A DNA stretch of 32,537 nt from Nemertoderma westbladi (Eukaryota; Animalia; Xenacoelomorpha): contig JAUCBJ010003253.1 in assembly GCA_032718475.1 (NCBI GenBank), positions 1 through 32,537 of the forward strand, in the 5' to 3' direction. The position numbers and the translations under genes are program-made. Under the pieces are notes generated by a model, which was not told the DNA's origin, ran no database searches, and saw only the letters and a list, made by a program, of their open reading frames with translations. This document shows, piece after piece, positions 1-12,858 of this stretch (position 1 is the first letter of the stretch; every line of letters begins with the position of its first letter).

Positions 1-3000
1 CGTTGAACCCCACGCCCTTACCGACCATATACTGCGTTGAACCCCACGCCCTTACCGACCATATACTGCGTTGAACCCCACGCCCTTACCGCCCCTATAC
101 TGCGTTGAACCCCACGCCCTTACCGCCCCTATACTGCGTTGAACCCCACGCCCTTACCGACCATATACTGCGTTGAACCCCACGCCCTTACCGACCATAT
201 ACTGCGTTGAACCCCACGTCCTTACCGACCATATACTGCGTTGAACCCAACGCCCTTACCGACCATATACTACGTTGAACCCCACGCCCTTACCGACCAT
301 ATACTACGTTGAACCCCACGCCCTTACCGACCATATACTGCGTTGAACCCCACGCCCTTACCGACCATATACTGCGTTGAACCCCACGCCCTTACCGACC
401 ATATACTACGTTGAACCCCACGCCCTTACCGACCATATACTGCGTTGAACCCCACGCCCTTACCGACCATATACTGCGTTGAACCCCACGCCCTTACCGA
501 CCATATACTGCGTTGAACCCCACGCCCTTACCGACCATATACTACGTTGAACCCCACGCCCTTACCGACCATATACTGCGTTGAACCCCACGCCCTTACC
601 GACCATATACTGCGTTGAACCCCACGCCCTTACCGACCATATACTGCGTTGAACCCCACGCCCTTACCGACCCTATACTGCGTTGAACCCCACGCCCTTA
701 CCGACCATATACTACGTTGAACCCCACGCCCTTACCGACCATATACTACGTTGAACCCCACGCCCTTACCGACCATATACTGCGTTGAACCCCACGCCCT
801 TACCGACCATATACTGCGTTGAACCCCACGCCCTTACCGACCATATACTGCGTTGAACCCCACGCCCTTACCGACCATATACTGCGTTGAACCCCACGCC
901 CTTACCGACCATATACTGCGTTGAACCCCACGCCCTTACCGACCATATACTGCGTTGAACCCCACGCCCTTACCGACCATATACTGCGTTGAACCCCACG
1001 CCCTTACCGACCATATACTGCGTTGAACCCCACGCCCTTACCGACCATATACTGCGTTGAACCCCACGCCCTTACCGACCATATACTGCGTTGAACCCCA
1101 CGCCCTTACCGACCATATACTACGTTGAACCCCACGCCCTTACCGACCATATACTGCGTTGAACCCCACGCCCTTACCGACCATATACTACGTTGAACCC
1201 CACGCCCTTACCGACCATATACTACGTTGAACCCCACGCCCTTACCGACCATATACTGCGTTGAACCCCACGCCCTTACCGACCATATACTACGTTGAAC
1301 CCCACGCCCTTACCGACCATATACTGCGTTGAACCCCACGCCCTTACCGACCATATACTGCGTTGAACCCCACGCCCTTACCGACCATATACTGCGTTGA
1401 ACCCCACGCCCTTACCGACCATATACTGCGTTGAACCCCACGCCCTTACCGACCATATACTGCGTTGAACCCCACGCCCTTACCGACCATATACTGCGTT
1501 GAACCCCACGCCCTTACCGACCATATACTGCGTTGAACCCCACGCCCTTACCGACCATATACTGCGTTGAACCCCACGCCCTTACCGACCATATACTGCG
1601 TTGAACCCCACGCCCTTACCGACCATATACTGCGTTGAACCCCACGCCCTTACCGACCATATACTGCGTTGAACCCCACGCCCTTACCGACCATATACTG
1701 CGTTGAACCCCACGCCCTTACCGACCATATACTGCGTTGAACCCCACGCCCTTACCGACCATATACTACGTTGAACCCCACGCCCTTACCGACCATATAC
1801 TACGTTGAACCCCACGCCCTTACCGACCATATACTACGTTGAACCCCACGCCCTTACCGACCATATACTACGTTGAACCCCACGCCCTTACCGACCATAT
1901 ACTGCGTTGAACCCCACGCCCTTACCGACCATATACTGCGTTGAACCCCACGCCCTTACCGACCATATACTGCGTTGAACCCCACGCCCTTACCGACCAT
2001 ATACTACGTTGAACCCCACGCCCTTACCGACCATATACTGCGTTGAACCCCACGCCCTTACCGACCATATACTACGTTGAACCCCACGCCCTTACCGACC
2101 ATATACTGCGTTGAACCCCACGCCCTTACCGACCATATACTGCGTTGAACCCCACGCCCTTACCGACCATATACTGCGTTGAACCCCACGCCCTTACCGA
2201 CCATATACTGCGTTGAACCCCACGCCCTTACCGACCATATACTGCGTTGAACCCCACGCCCTTACCGACCATATACTGCGTTGAACCCCACGCCCTTACC
2301 GACCATATACTGCGTTGAACCCCACGCCCTTACCGACCATATACTGCGTTGAACCCCACGCCCTTACCGACCATATACTGCGTTGAACCCCACGCCCTTA
2401 CCGACCATATACTGCGTTGAACCCCACGCCCTTACCGACCATATACTGCGTTGAACCCCACGCCCTTACCGACCATATACTGCGTTGAACCCCACGCCCT
2501 TACCGACCATATACTGCGTTGAACCCCACGCCCTTACCGCCCCTATACTGCGTTGAACCCCACGCCCTTACCGACCATATACTGCGTTGAACCCCACGCC
2601 CTTACCGACCATATACTACGTTGAACCCCACGCCCTTACCGACCATATACTGCGTTGAACCCCACGCCCTTACCGACCATATACTGCGTTGAACCCCACG
2701 CCCTTACCGACCATATACTACGTTGAACCCCACGCCCTTACCGACCATATACTGCGTTGAACCCCACGCCCTTACCGACCATATACTACGTTGAACCCCA
2801 CGCCCTTACCGACCATATACTGCGTTGAACCCCACGCCCTTACCGACCATATACTACGTTGAACCCCACGCCCTTACCGACCATATACTGCGTTGAACCC
2901 CACGCCCTTACCGACCATATACTACGTTGAACCCCACGCCCTTACCGACCATATACTACGTTGAACCCCACGCCCTTACCGACCATATACTGCGTTGAAC

Positions 3001-5900
3001 CCCACGCCCTTACCGACCATATACTGCGTTGAACCCCACGCCCTTACCGACCATATACTACGTTGAACCCCACGCCCTTACCGACCATATACTGCGTTGA
3101 ACCCCACGCCCTTACCGACCATATACTGCGTTGAACCCCACGCCCTTACCGACCATATACTACGTTGAACCCCACGCCCTTACCGACCATATACTGCGTT
3201 GAACCCCACGCCCTTACCGACCATATACTACGTTGAACCCCACGCCCTTACCGACCATATACTACGTTGAACCCCACGCCCTTACCGACCATATACTGCG
3301 TTGAACCCCACGCCCTTACCGACCATATACTGCGTTGAACCCCACGCCCTTACCGACCATATACTACGTTGAACCCCACGCCCTTACCGACCATATACTG
3401 CGTTGAACCCCACGCCCTTACCGACCATATACTGCGTTGAACCCCACGCCCTTACCGACCATATACTACGTTGAACCCCACGCCCTTACCGACCATATAC
3501 TACGTTGAACCCCACGCCCTTACCGACCATATACTGCGTTGAACCCCACGCCCTTACCGACCATATACTGCGTTGAACCCCACGCCCTTACCGACCATAT
3601 ACTACGTTGAACCCCACGCCCTTACCGACCATATACTGCGTTGAACCCCACGCCCTTACCGACCATATACTACGTTGAACCCCACGCCCTTACCGACCAT
3701 ATACTGCGTTGAACCCCACGCCCTTACCGACCATATACTACGTTGAACCCCACGCCCTTACCGACCATATACTGCGTTGAACCCCACGCCCTTACCGACC
3801 ATATACTGCGTTGAACCCCACGCCCTTACCGACCATATACTGCGTTGAACCCCACGCCCTTACCGACCATATACTGCGTTGTACCCCACGCCCTTACCGA
3901 CCATATACTGCGTTGAACCCCACGCCCTTACCGACCATATACTACGTTGAACCCCACGCCCTTACCGACCATATACTGCGTTGAACCCCACGCCCTTACC
4001 GACCATATACTGCGTTGAACCCCACGCCCTTACCGACCATATACTACGTTGAACCCCACGCCCTTACCGACCATATACTGCGTTGAACCCCACGCCCTTA
4101 CCGACCATATACTACGTTGAACCCCACGCCCTTACCGACCATATACTGCGTTGAACCCCACGCCCTTACCGACCATATACTGCGTTGAACCCCACGCCCT
4201 TACCGACCATATACTGCGTTGAACCCCACGCCCTTACCGACCATATACTGCGTTGAACCCCACGCCCTTACCGACCATATACTACGTTGAACCCCACGCC
4301 CTTACCGACCATATACTACGTTGAACCCCACGCCCTTACCGACCATATACTACGTTGAACCCCACGCCCTTACCGACCATATACTGCGTTGAACCCCACG
4401 CCCTTACCGACCATATACTACGTTGAACCCCACGCCCTTACCGACCATATACTACGTTGAACCCCACGCCCTTACCGACCATATACTACGTTGAACCCCA
4501 CGCCCTTACCGACCATATACTGCGTTGAACCCCACGCCCTTACCGACCATATACTGCGTTGAACCCCACGCCCTTACCGACCATATACTGCGTTGAACCC
4601 CACGCCCTTACCGACCATATACTACGTTGAACACCACGCCCTTACCGACCATATACTACGTTGAACACCACGCCCTTACCGACCATATACTACGTTGAAC
4701 CCCACGCCCTTACCGACCATATACTACGTTGAACCCCACGCCCTTACCGACCCTATACTGCGTTGAACCCCACGCCCTTACCGACCATATACTGCGTTGA
4801 ACCCCACGCCCTTACCGACCATATACTACGTTGAACCCCACGCCCTTACCGACCATATACTGCGTTGAACCCCACGCCCTTACCGACCATATACTGCGTT
4901 GAACCCCACGCCCTTACCGACCATATACTACGTTGAACACCACGCCCTTACCGACCATATACTACGTTGAACCCCACGCCCTTACCGACCATATACTACG
5001 TTGAACCCCACGCCCTTACCGACCATATACTACGTTGAACCCCACGCCCTCACCGACCATATACTGCGTTGAACCCCACGCCCTTACCGACCATATACTG
5101 CGTTGAACCCCACGCCCTTACCGACCATATACTACGTTGAACACCACGCCCTTACCGACCATATACTACGTTGAACACCACGCCCTTACCGACCATATAC
5201 TGCGTTGAACCCCACGCCCTTACCGACCATATACTACGTTGAACACCACGCCCTTACCGCCATATACTACGTTGAACACCACGCCCTTACCGACCATATA
5301 CTGCGTTGTACCCCACGCCCTTACCGACCATATACTGCGTTGAACCCCACGCCCTTACCGACCATATACTGCGTTGAACCCCACGCCCTTACCGACCATA
5401 TACTGCGTTGAACCCCACGCCCTTACCGACCATATACTGCGTTGAACCCAACGCCCTTACCGACCATATACTGCGTTGAACCCCACGCCCTTACCGACCA
5501 TATACTGCGTTGAACCCCACGCCCTTACCGACCATATACTGCGTTGAACCCCACGCCCTTACCGACCATATACTGCGTTGAACCCCACGCCCTTACCGAC
5601 CATATACTGCGTTGTACCCCACGCCCTTACCGACCATATACTGCGTTGAACCCCACGCCCTTACCGACCATATACTGCGTTGAACCCCACGCCCTTACCG
5701 ACCATATACTGCGTTGTACCCCACGCCCTTACCGACCATATACTACGTTGAACCCCACACCCTTACCGACCATATACTGCGTTGAACCCCACGCCCTTAC
5801 CGACCATATACTACGTTGAACCCCACGCCCTTACCGACCATATACTACGTTGAACACCACGCCCTTACCGACCATATACTGCGTTGAACCCCACGCCCTT
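1..5900. repeat. 34-bp tandem satellite, consensus CGTTGAACCCCACGCCCTTACCGACCATATACT(G/A), ~173 copies, open at the left window edge
   Basis: Unit read directly; the register recurs every 1020 bp (30 x 34). The array ends abruptly at ...CCACGCCCTT|GTAACG (5900). The main variant is G/A at the last position; AACACC and GTACCC variants occur mostly after ~4600. Confidence 0.99.
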
Positions 5901-6844
5901 GTAACGAAATACCAACGCGATATGTATGTACAAACCTCCTTCATCTTCTTAGAGAAAATCATAAAACGACCCAGTTGGCCAAAAAATATATCAAATCGAT
6001 AAGTAACAATATTATGTTCTTTCATTTTTAACTCGAAAAATTTTTGTTAAAGAAACAAACCAAATCAAAGTAAGCAAATCTGTCTGAAGAAAATATTAAT
6101 TAATACTAATTGAGGAATGGTGCCCGCTGCCGCTATATTACTGAAATAAAACAAACATGACCCATAATGACTATCGTTTATATAAACATGGATCGACAGA
6201 TCTAGGTTCACTATTTGCTTTATATGATTAAAACATATTGTGTTAAATATAATTGTGAGACAAGAAGTCGCAAGTAAAAACAACGATTAGTTCATAATTA
6301 CCGATGGGATGAGAGGACTAAAAAAACAGAGACAATAAATGTATCAGTATACAAGTAAACGAATGAATAAAACGGGACATTGATATTATTATATGCCAGG
6401 AAAGTTCAACAGAAAATAAGTAGCAATGGCGGTCTTATCATATGGGATGATAAAAGAATCAGTATAAATGAGTTCAATGACTAACTTAAACATTGAATTA
6501 ACTGAAACAATAAAATATCTCTGACCTAGTCGAGCCACATTTGGGTTATCGGTTTGGGTTTGAAAAGTAAAAGTGATCGATGGAGGTGATAGGGAGTCTC
6601 CTCTCTTTTGGCATTGCCTACAAGGAGGGGAGGGGGATTTGATGGGGCCTCACAAACTCTCAGGGTCTATCACTCTCATTCATTACCTAACAATTTTCTT
6701 TACTCCCCCGGCGGAATCCAGTTCCCCGCATCTGTGTTGTGAAATTGTGTCTGACTCGCTCTGTAGGTCACATATTTTCCACTAAAATTGAGTTATATTG
6801 GTGTTGTAAGGGTCTAAGCCACGATTCTAAGTAAAATAAATTCC

Positions 6845-6896
6845 TTTTTATCATATGGCAATTTCGTGTATTAACACACTTCTTCAGTGATATAAA
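6845..6896 (-). ncRNA. Minimal type I hammerhead ribozyme motif associated with the Penelope-like element
   Basis: Minus strand reads TTTATATCA-CTGAAGA-A-GTGTG-TTAA-TACAC-GAAA-T-TGCC-A-TA-TGATAAAAA. This gives a CUGANGA core, a 5-bp stem II, GAAA, a 2-bp stem III, an AUA cleavage triplet and stem I TATCA/TGATA. It is on the same strand as the PLE ORF, ~650 bp downstream; PLEs are known to carry such motifs. Confidence 0.75.
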
Positions 6897-7020
6897 TATA
6901 TATTAAAATGTTTACATAATTTACATATTAAAATAAGTACGTACGAGGTTAAATTTAATTGAATAATACTGTAAAAGATACTAATTTATACGAGGCTATC
7001 GTACAGTACATGCCTGGTTA

Positions 7021-7196
7021 TTTTCGGATGAACAATCGATAAAATGCGAAGTGTGAATAAAATATGAGCAGTGGTAAAAAGAGAGATTAGGCTGACATGG
7101 AGGATAAGTTAAATTAAAATAGGTAAGGAAAATAAAGTTAAAAATATAATAATGTGATACTTTTCGGATGAACATTCGATAAAATGCGAAGTGTGA
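7021..7196. repeat. 36-bp direct repeat pair (7021-7056, 7161-7196) in the PLE 3' region, partial third copy near 7357
   Basis: TTTTCGGATGAACA(A/T)TCGATAAAATGCGAAGTGTGA occurs twice, 140 bp apart. Confidence 0.85.
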
Positions 7197-7546
7197 CTAA
7201 GGATAGGTAGATACAATTAAAATATTAAATTAAAATAAGTAAAAATAAATAAAAAGATATACGGCAATTCAGGTATGGACGGCTAGGAAGGTACAATTAA
7301 ATAAAATGAAATAAAGTGAAATGAAATAAAATAAAATAATTTAAAACATGAGCAGACAATCGATAAAATTCATAAAATGAGATAAAGTTTATAGATGACA
7401 CCACCATGCTGGAATAACTTACTGCAGGTCTAGCAGCTGTTGAAACAAGCCGCAAACAATAATAAAATATATAATATAATATAACACCACCATTGAAGGT
7501 ACCCTAATGTTATACAAAGTGAATCGAGTTACAAAAAGTAGAATGA

Positions 7547-8810
7547 TTAGTATAATGGTGGAATAACTTTGTTGATGGGAGGCCGGTGTAAATTAATAAG
7601 GATGGCTTCGGTGTGAATACGCCGGGGGGATTACGAAACTGCTGTACGCACGTAACAGTATATTTCCGACACTGGGCGAAGTGTTCCAGAAGGATGCCTT
7701 CTGGGTTGCTGGTCACCACATTCAGTTTGTTGGGTTTAGGAGGGGCTTTTAGGGACTTCCGATATTCTTGGATATTCTCCCGGTGCTTGTTGAGTCGTTT
7801 GTGGAGGTGCTGCTCAGTTTGGCCGAGGTAGTACTGGGTCGGGTGTTCATTACACGTGATTATGTATAAAACATTATGGGACTTACAGTTGAGCCGGCCT
7901 CGAATTCGGTCTCCCCATAGTGTGTGTGGGAGGTCGTTAATCACTGGGCATGTTAGACACCGAGATTGACCACACGGGTGGTTGCCAAGTGCTAGGGTTG
8001 GTTCTCGTTTTCGTATAAGTAATTTACCCAAACTAGGTTCGTTACGTGGTACAGTTTTTATCGAAAGCCCGTGGGCGTGAAGGCGTTGGTTATGCCTACT
8101 GGTAACCGCGTTGAGTGTGGGAAGACATTGTGGCGTGGTTGGTAAATACACGATTTGTTCGCTAGGTGGCGCAGGTAGTATTTTAGGCTGTTTAATTTGG
8201 GGGAAGGCAGGTGATGGGTCCCAAGCGTACATAGTTAGAAGGAAGTTAAGGGGATAGCCACGCAATTTACATTTGTCCAAGTATTGGTGCCTATAGACCC
8301 TAAAAACTGAATGGGAGTCAGTCAAACGCCGAATTCGAAGTACTTCAGATTTCACAATAGCCAGGAGGGCAGGTTTATGGTGGAAGCTGGCGTATGCTAT
8401 CGGGAGTTTGTTAGACATAGGTTTTCGGTATAGGTGAGTGGAAAGGTCACGCCCTTTGGCTTGGACAGTAATGTCTAAATAATTGATTGATTTTCTTGAT
8501 GAATTAAATGTAAATTGTATCGCATTGCAGCCATACAGGTGGCTACATGCTGTATTGAAAGCGGTTTCTACATTGTTCAATTCTGCGTCCGTCATCCAGA
8601 AGTTAAATATGCCAAGGCTGTCGTCTACTAAGGTCCGGAAGTAATATGGCGTGTACAGTGAGGTGTTAATAGCCCGTTTAATGACGCGGTAGGAGGTTAA
8701 TATTGCGTAGTCACCTCTGTGACTCCCGCCCATGGGCGCGCCTGCTACCTGTAAGTAAAATCCCTCCTTATATTTGAAGTAGTTATGATGTAACAGGAAT
8801 GTGAGAATAT
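7547..8810 (-). pseudogene. PLE reverse transcriptase (C-terminal part) + GIY-YIG endonuclease, truncated and frameshifted near the 3' end
   Basis: The frame is open upstream of the listed Met: NILTFLLHHNYFKYKEGFYLQVAGAPMG (RT QxxGxxMG motif). It continues through RTLVDD, NYLDITV, LYRKP..FH, the Cys linker CGQSRCLTCP and NVLYIITC..YYLGQT..LHKRLNKH (GIY-YIG). After the G6 run at 7624-7629 a shifted frame gives RRIHTEAILINLHRPPINKVIPPLY*, the expected E...N nuclease end. Confidence 0.92.
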
Positions 8811-8821
8811 TTCATTCTGTA

Positions 8822-9562
8822 CCGGTGTACAAGGCTGAGAGAACTCCCTCTTGAAATGACTCCCCAGTTCTCAGCCTAGGCTGAGATCACTCCCCAGTTA
8901 TTTCAGCCTAGGGTGAGATCACTCCCCAGTTGTTTCAGCCTAGGCTGAGATCACTCCCCAGTTATTTCAGCCTAGGCTGAGATCACTCCCCAGTTATTTC
9001 AGCCTAGGCTGAGATCACTCCCCACCCCAGTTATTTCAGCCTAGGCTGAGATCACTCCCCACCCCAGTTATTTCAGCCTAGGCTGAGATCACTCCCCACC
9101 CCAGTTATTTCAGCCTAGGCTGAGATCACTCCCCAGTTATTTCAGCCTAGGCTGAGATCACTCCCCAGTTATTTCAGCCTAGGCTGAGATCACTCCCCAG
9201 TTATTTCAGCCTAGGCTGAGATCACTCCCCACCCCAGTTATTTCAGCCTAGGCTGAGATCACTCCCCAGTTATTTCAGCCTAGCTGCCTAGGCTGAGAAT
9301 ACTCACTTAGGCCTGTAGGCTGAGATGACTTCTCTATTGGAGTTATAATTCATATCCGTACCTGTGTTTTCCGTATAATGCAAAAATAAAACTGTAATCT
9401 ATGTTATTGAGATATCGTTTATTGTTTTGGTTAGAAAAGCCCGCCACTGTAACCTGCTCCTTTCCGTTAATTAAGAAATCTAGGGAGAAAACTGGGGAGT
9501 GTTCTCAGCCTTGGCTGAGAAGACTGGGGGAGAGTCATATTTGTTGGGAAGTTATACTGTAG
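8822..9562. mobile_element. MITE-like element (copy 1), right TIR degraded, internal minisatellite expanded
   Basis: Homologous to the TIR-bounded element at 14681-15055; begins TA|CCGGTGTACAAGGCTGAG. Confidence 0.65.
8872..9297. repeat. 32/37-bp minisatellite CAGCCTAGGCTGAGATCACTCCCC(ACCCC)AGTTATTT, ~12 copies
   Basis: Read directly; palindromic core TCAGCCTAGGCTGA. Confidence 0.95.
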
Positions 9563-9812
9563 GTACTCTACGCAGTAGATCTACCAACATTAGTGCAGTA
9601 GTGGACTTGGACTAATTCCAAGCTGGGGTACCGGTTCGTTAAAGGTACCTGTTTATCAATAATGTTGTCTCTTGATATCTATCACTACACGACATGAGAT
9701 TACAACGAGAGGCGTTTTAAACTCCGGGTGCACGAAATTATTGACTTAAATAAATGCAATAAAGAACTGATGACTGCATGATAGGTAATTAATCAGATAA
9801 AATCGGTCGAAT

Positions 9813-11283
9813 ATGACAAATATTGCTGACACATTAGTGGCAGCGCGGGTCCCGAAAACAAGCTCAAACATTTGGCGTGTATTCGGAGATGTCTGTCAAG
9901 GCAGCGACATCAAAGTGAAACTAACAGCAGGATTTCCGGACGACCATGTAGATGACGATGTCAAGAAAGCCTTCATGGAGACCATCGATGAGATTGCATT
10001 GCGACAATTACCCTGCGATGCAACGGGAAGCAATACGGGACTCAAGACTGCACTGTCCGAGTTCTACAGAGACGCCCTTCTACGCGAGATAAACCCCGAT
10101 TCCGAGGTGGTGTTTAGGGACTGGAGCGAGTGACGTCATACACATGTGCTGCATCGCACTCATCCAGGAAGGCGACAACATCGTGCTTATATCGCCCTAT
10201 TTCGAACTCTACAATAGGATTATTATCAGTAAAGGCGGGAGGCCGTTGTATTCGCCGCTGCAGGACGCGAACGAGACCGCTACAGTGCGACGGACATCAG
10301 TAGATATGCGGGTAAACTGGTCCGATCTGGAGGAGAAGTTGTCCCTCCCGCAAACCTCGATGCTCATACTCAACACTCCGCACAACCCCACCGGGAAGGT
10401 CTTCACCCGTGAGGAGTTACGCCGACTAGCAGCGTTGTGCACGACCCACAACGTCGTCTGCATCTGCGACGAGGTCTACGAGTTTGACACGTTCGGGATG
10501 GCGGAGCACGTGAAGTTGGCGAGTTTCCCGGGGATGTGGGAGCGGTGTGTTACGGTGGGCAGCGCGGGGAAGGCATTCAACGCGACCGGAATCAAACTCG
10601 GATGGGGGCTGGGCGATGCGCGTTTACTAGCGAGGGTTTCCGCGGTGGTGCGAGCCATAGAGGGAGGTGGACCGTCCATGGTGACGCAGAAAGTGGTAGA
10701 GAAACTCGTTCGGAGGGAGCTGGAAGGGGCGGGGTTGCTGACTAGGTTGAATCAAATAAACTGTAGTAAACGCGACGCACTGTGCGCCATCCTGAGGGAG
10801 TCAGAGATACCGCACTACGAGCCACAGGGTGGCTGGTTCATCATCATCGATATATCGCGAGTGGGAAATCCACCCGGGACTGGTGGGACACAGTCCGGTG
10901 ATGGTGAGAGTGGGACACAGCCCGGGACTGGTGTGACACAGTCCGGGGGTGGTGGGACACAGTCCGGAACTGGTGGGACACAGACCGGGGGTGGTGGGAC
11001 ACAGTCCGGGACTGGTGGGACACAGACTGGGAGTGGTGGGACACAGTCAGGGGATGGTGGGACAGAATTAGAGTCTCACCATGGAGACGTACACGTTGCT
11101 ATAGCGATAGCTAAACATTTGGGACTGGTGCTGCTGCCCGGGTCGATGTTCTTCAACAGCCAATACTGCAGCTCCCGTCGCTGGTTGCGAACCACGTTTA
11201 TTAAGAACTTAGAAGCCCTTGAACGTTCCAGGGAACTGTTTCTAGCTCTAGGACAGGGGAACTTTCCAGGGAACTGTTCCTAA
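9813..11283 (+). pseudogene. KYAT: Kynurenine aminotransferase-like gene, copy 1, +1 frameshift at 10113-10115
   Basis: ORFs 9813-10133 and 10144-11283 together match the 538-aa copy 2; GTGTTTAGGG here versus GTGTTAGGG in copy 2. Motifs GFPD, LNTPHNPTGKVF, DEVY, GSAGKAF (PLP lysine) and C-terminal WLR. The extra T could be an assembly error. Symbol is family-level only. Confidence 0.85.
10875..11065 (+). repeat. Coding 21-bp minisatellite (GTGGTQS-type heptapeptide), ~8 units
   Basis: GGGACTGGTGGGACACAGTCC-like units in frame. Confidence 0.92.
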
Positions 11284-12858
11284 ACAAAACGAGTCAAAGT
11301 GTACAACATCAAAGGGTACAACGAGTCATAGGGTACAAACCAGGCGGTTATTTAGTTTGTTTATTATTTTGGTTAGGGTTAGTTGGTCATGCCTCAACCA
11401 TTATGACTTAGGGTTAGGGTTACATGACAGTTTCAGAGTTTTAATTAGGGTTGAGGCCGCCGCTACTGTAACCAGCGAGTTTCATACAGTATAAATATTA
11501 AATATCCATGTTGTTCACGTTGTCTTGTTGGCATATTTCCAATTGGGGTGTCGTTTCAACCTATGGAAATATTTCTGGGGTTCTAATTGGATGTTCCTTC
11601 AATAAGCTCACCTCATTGGCTAACACTCTCCCATAGCCAAAAGGTGTGTCAGTTCAGCCTAATTACCAAAAGGAATGTCGCTTGGGGAAACTGTCTGAGT
11701 GAGTATCGGTACTGCTGTACTGACAGATAAAAATATTCAAAGCTAAAGCTCCTGACAGCCTTGCGCTCTAAAAATATATATAAACATCCCTTTGGCATGT
11801 GGGTATTCCGAAGCTGAACTACTAGCGGATGTCCTATAGTAGGTCAGTTCATATATCGGATTTGGATTGAGGTTCAGACTAGGAAGGATGGTTCTGTGGT
11901 ATCAATAATAAATACAGTAATTTATTAATGTATCTTACTAAATAATGATTTAATTTAAAGGGGTTTTTAATAAATAATGATTTTATTTTAAGGGGTGTAT
12001 TTTTCTAAATCTATTAAGAAGAAAATTAAAAAATTTAAATTAATTATTTTATGCGTTACTTTGGGTCAACCTCAACAGTTACAGTAGTTATCTGAGAGTC
12101 GGTATCGGTTCTTACTGTAAAAATATTTGTTTGTTTGTTGTTTTACTACTCATAAACAACAAAACTTACCACTTTGAACGAAATGTATTTTTAATCACAT
12201 ACACATATGTCAGTATGTACAGTATGTACCGGGAGTGGACGGTTTAGTGTTTTAAATATACTTTTAGTTTATTTTGAACAATAAAAGGGCCTAATGTACA
12301 GTACTTTTCCAGTAAATATTACTGGCAGCTCACTTAATTAATACAGGTTCCAAGCAAGGCCTACTGTAATTATTATTGTACAGTAGGACGTGCTACAAGT
12401 ACCAGTACTGTAGTACCTGTATGCATTACTGGTCTTAGTTGTGATTAACCGCGTGGTACTATTTACTTTCACTTTAGAATTTGGAATTGCTACCGTTTAC
12501 TGAAAGCATATCTATGGTGCATACAGTTACCGGTATTACTGTATATTAAATCATAATGAACTTATGTTTAATATTTTCAGACGCAACAACAGGTGGTCCC
12601 TCATATCGAATCCCGAGACCACTTAAACAGGGAGATGCAAAGGTACAAAGATAGAGGGTGGTACATCCTCGGCTGGGGAAAGTCGGGCTCTCCTCGGTCG
12701 AGGGTGTGCCAGAAGCAGCTCGCATGCATATCACGCGAATTGTTCCTGCAGACCGTCTATATAACTTTGATGTTTATGTGGCCGGGGGAGTGCATACTTG
12801 ATGAACTACATACTTTAAAGTATGTAGTACAACAAACTTTAGTCAAAGTATAATATCG

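Larger units (their letters stand above)
6845..8810 (-). mobile_element. Penelope-like retroelement (PLE), 5'-truncated; 3' limit uncertain (could extend towards 5901)
   Basis: RT + GIY-YIG coding region at 7547-8810, followed by an AT-rich 3' region containing the hammerhead motif. Confidence 0.88.
8809..11283 (+). repeat. Duplicated block, copy 1 (MITE + upstream region + aminotransferase CDS); partner 14668-17369
   Basis: Colinear high similarity from ATTTCA(T/C)TCTGTACCGG to the stop codon; no similarity seen beyond either end. Confidence 0.95.

Noticed and set aside
5205-6025. ORFs in the 34-bp satellite
   Set aside because: Translations of the repeat opened by point variants.
6065-6785. 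Short ORFs between the satellite and the PLE
   Set aside because: No recognisable domain or splice support.
9767-9815. CTGATGA upstream of the gene (also 15246) as a second hammerhead
   Set aside because: No correctly placed GAAA after a stem II and no closing stem I.
12581-12853. Plus-strand ORF or possible transposase tail inside the long-TIR element
   Set aside because: Convergent position would fit, but no DDE motif was recognised and the alternative frame has a stop.
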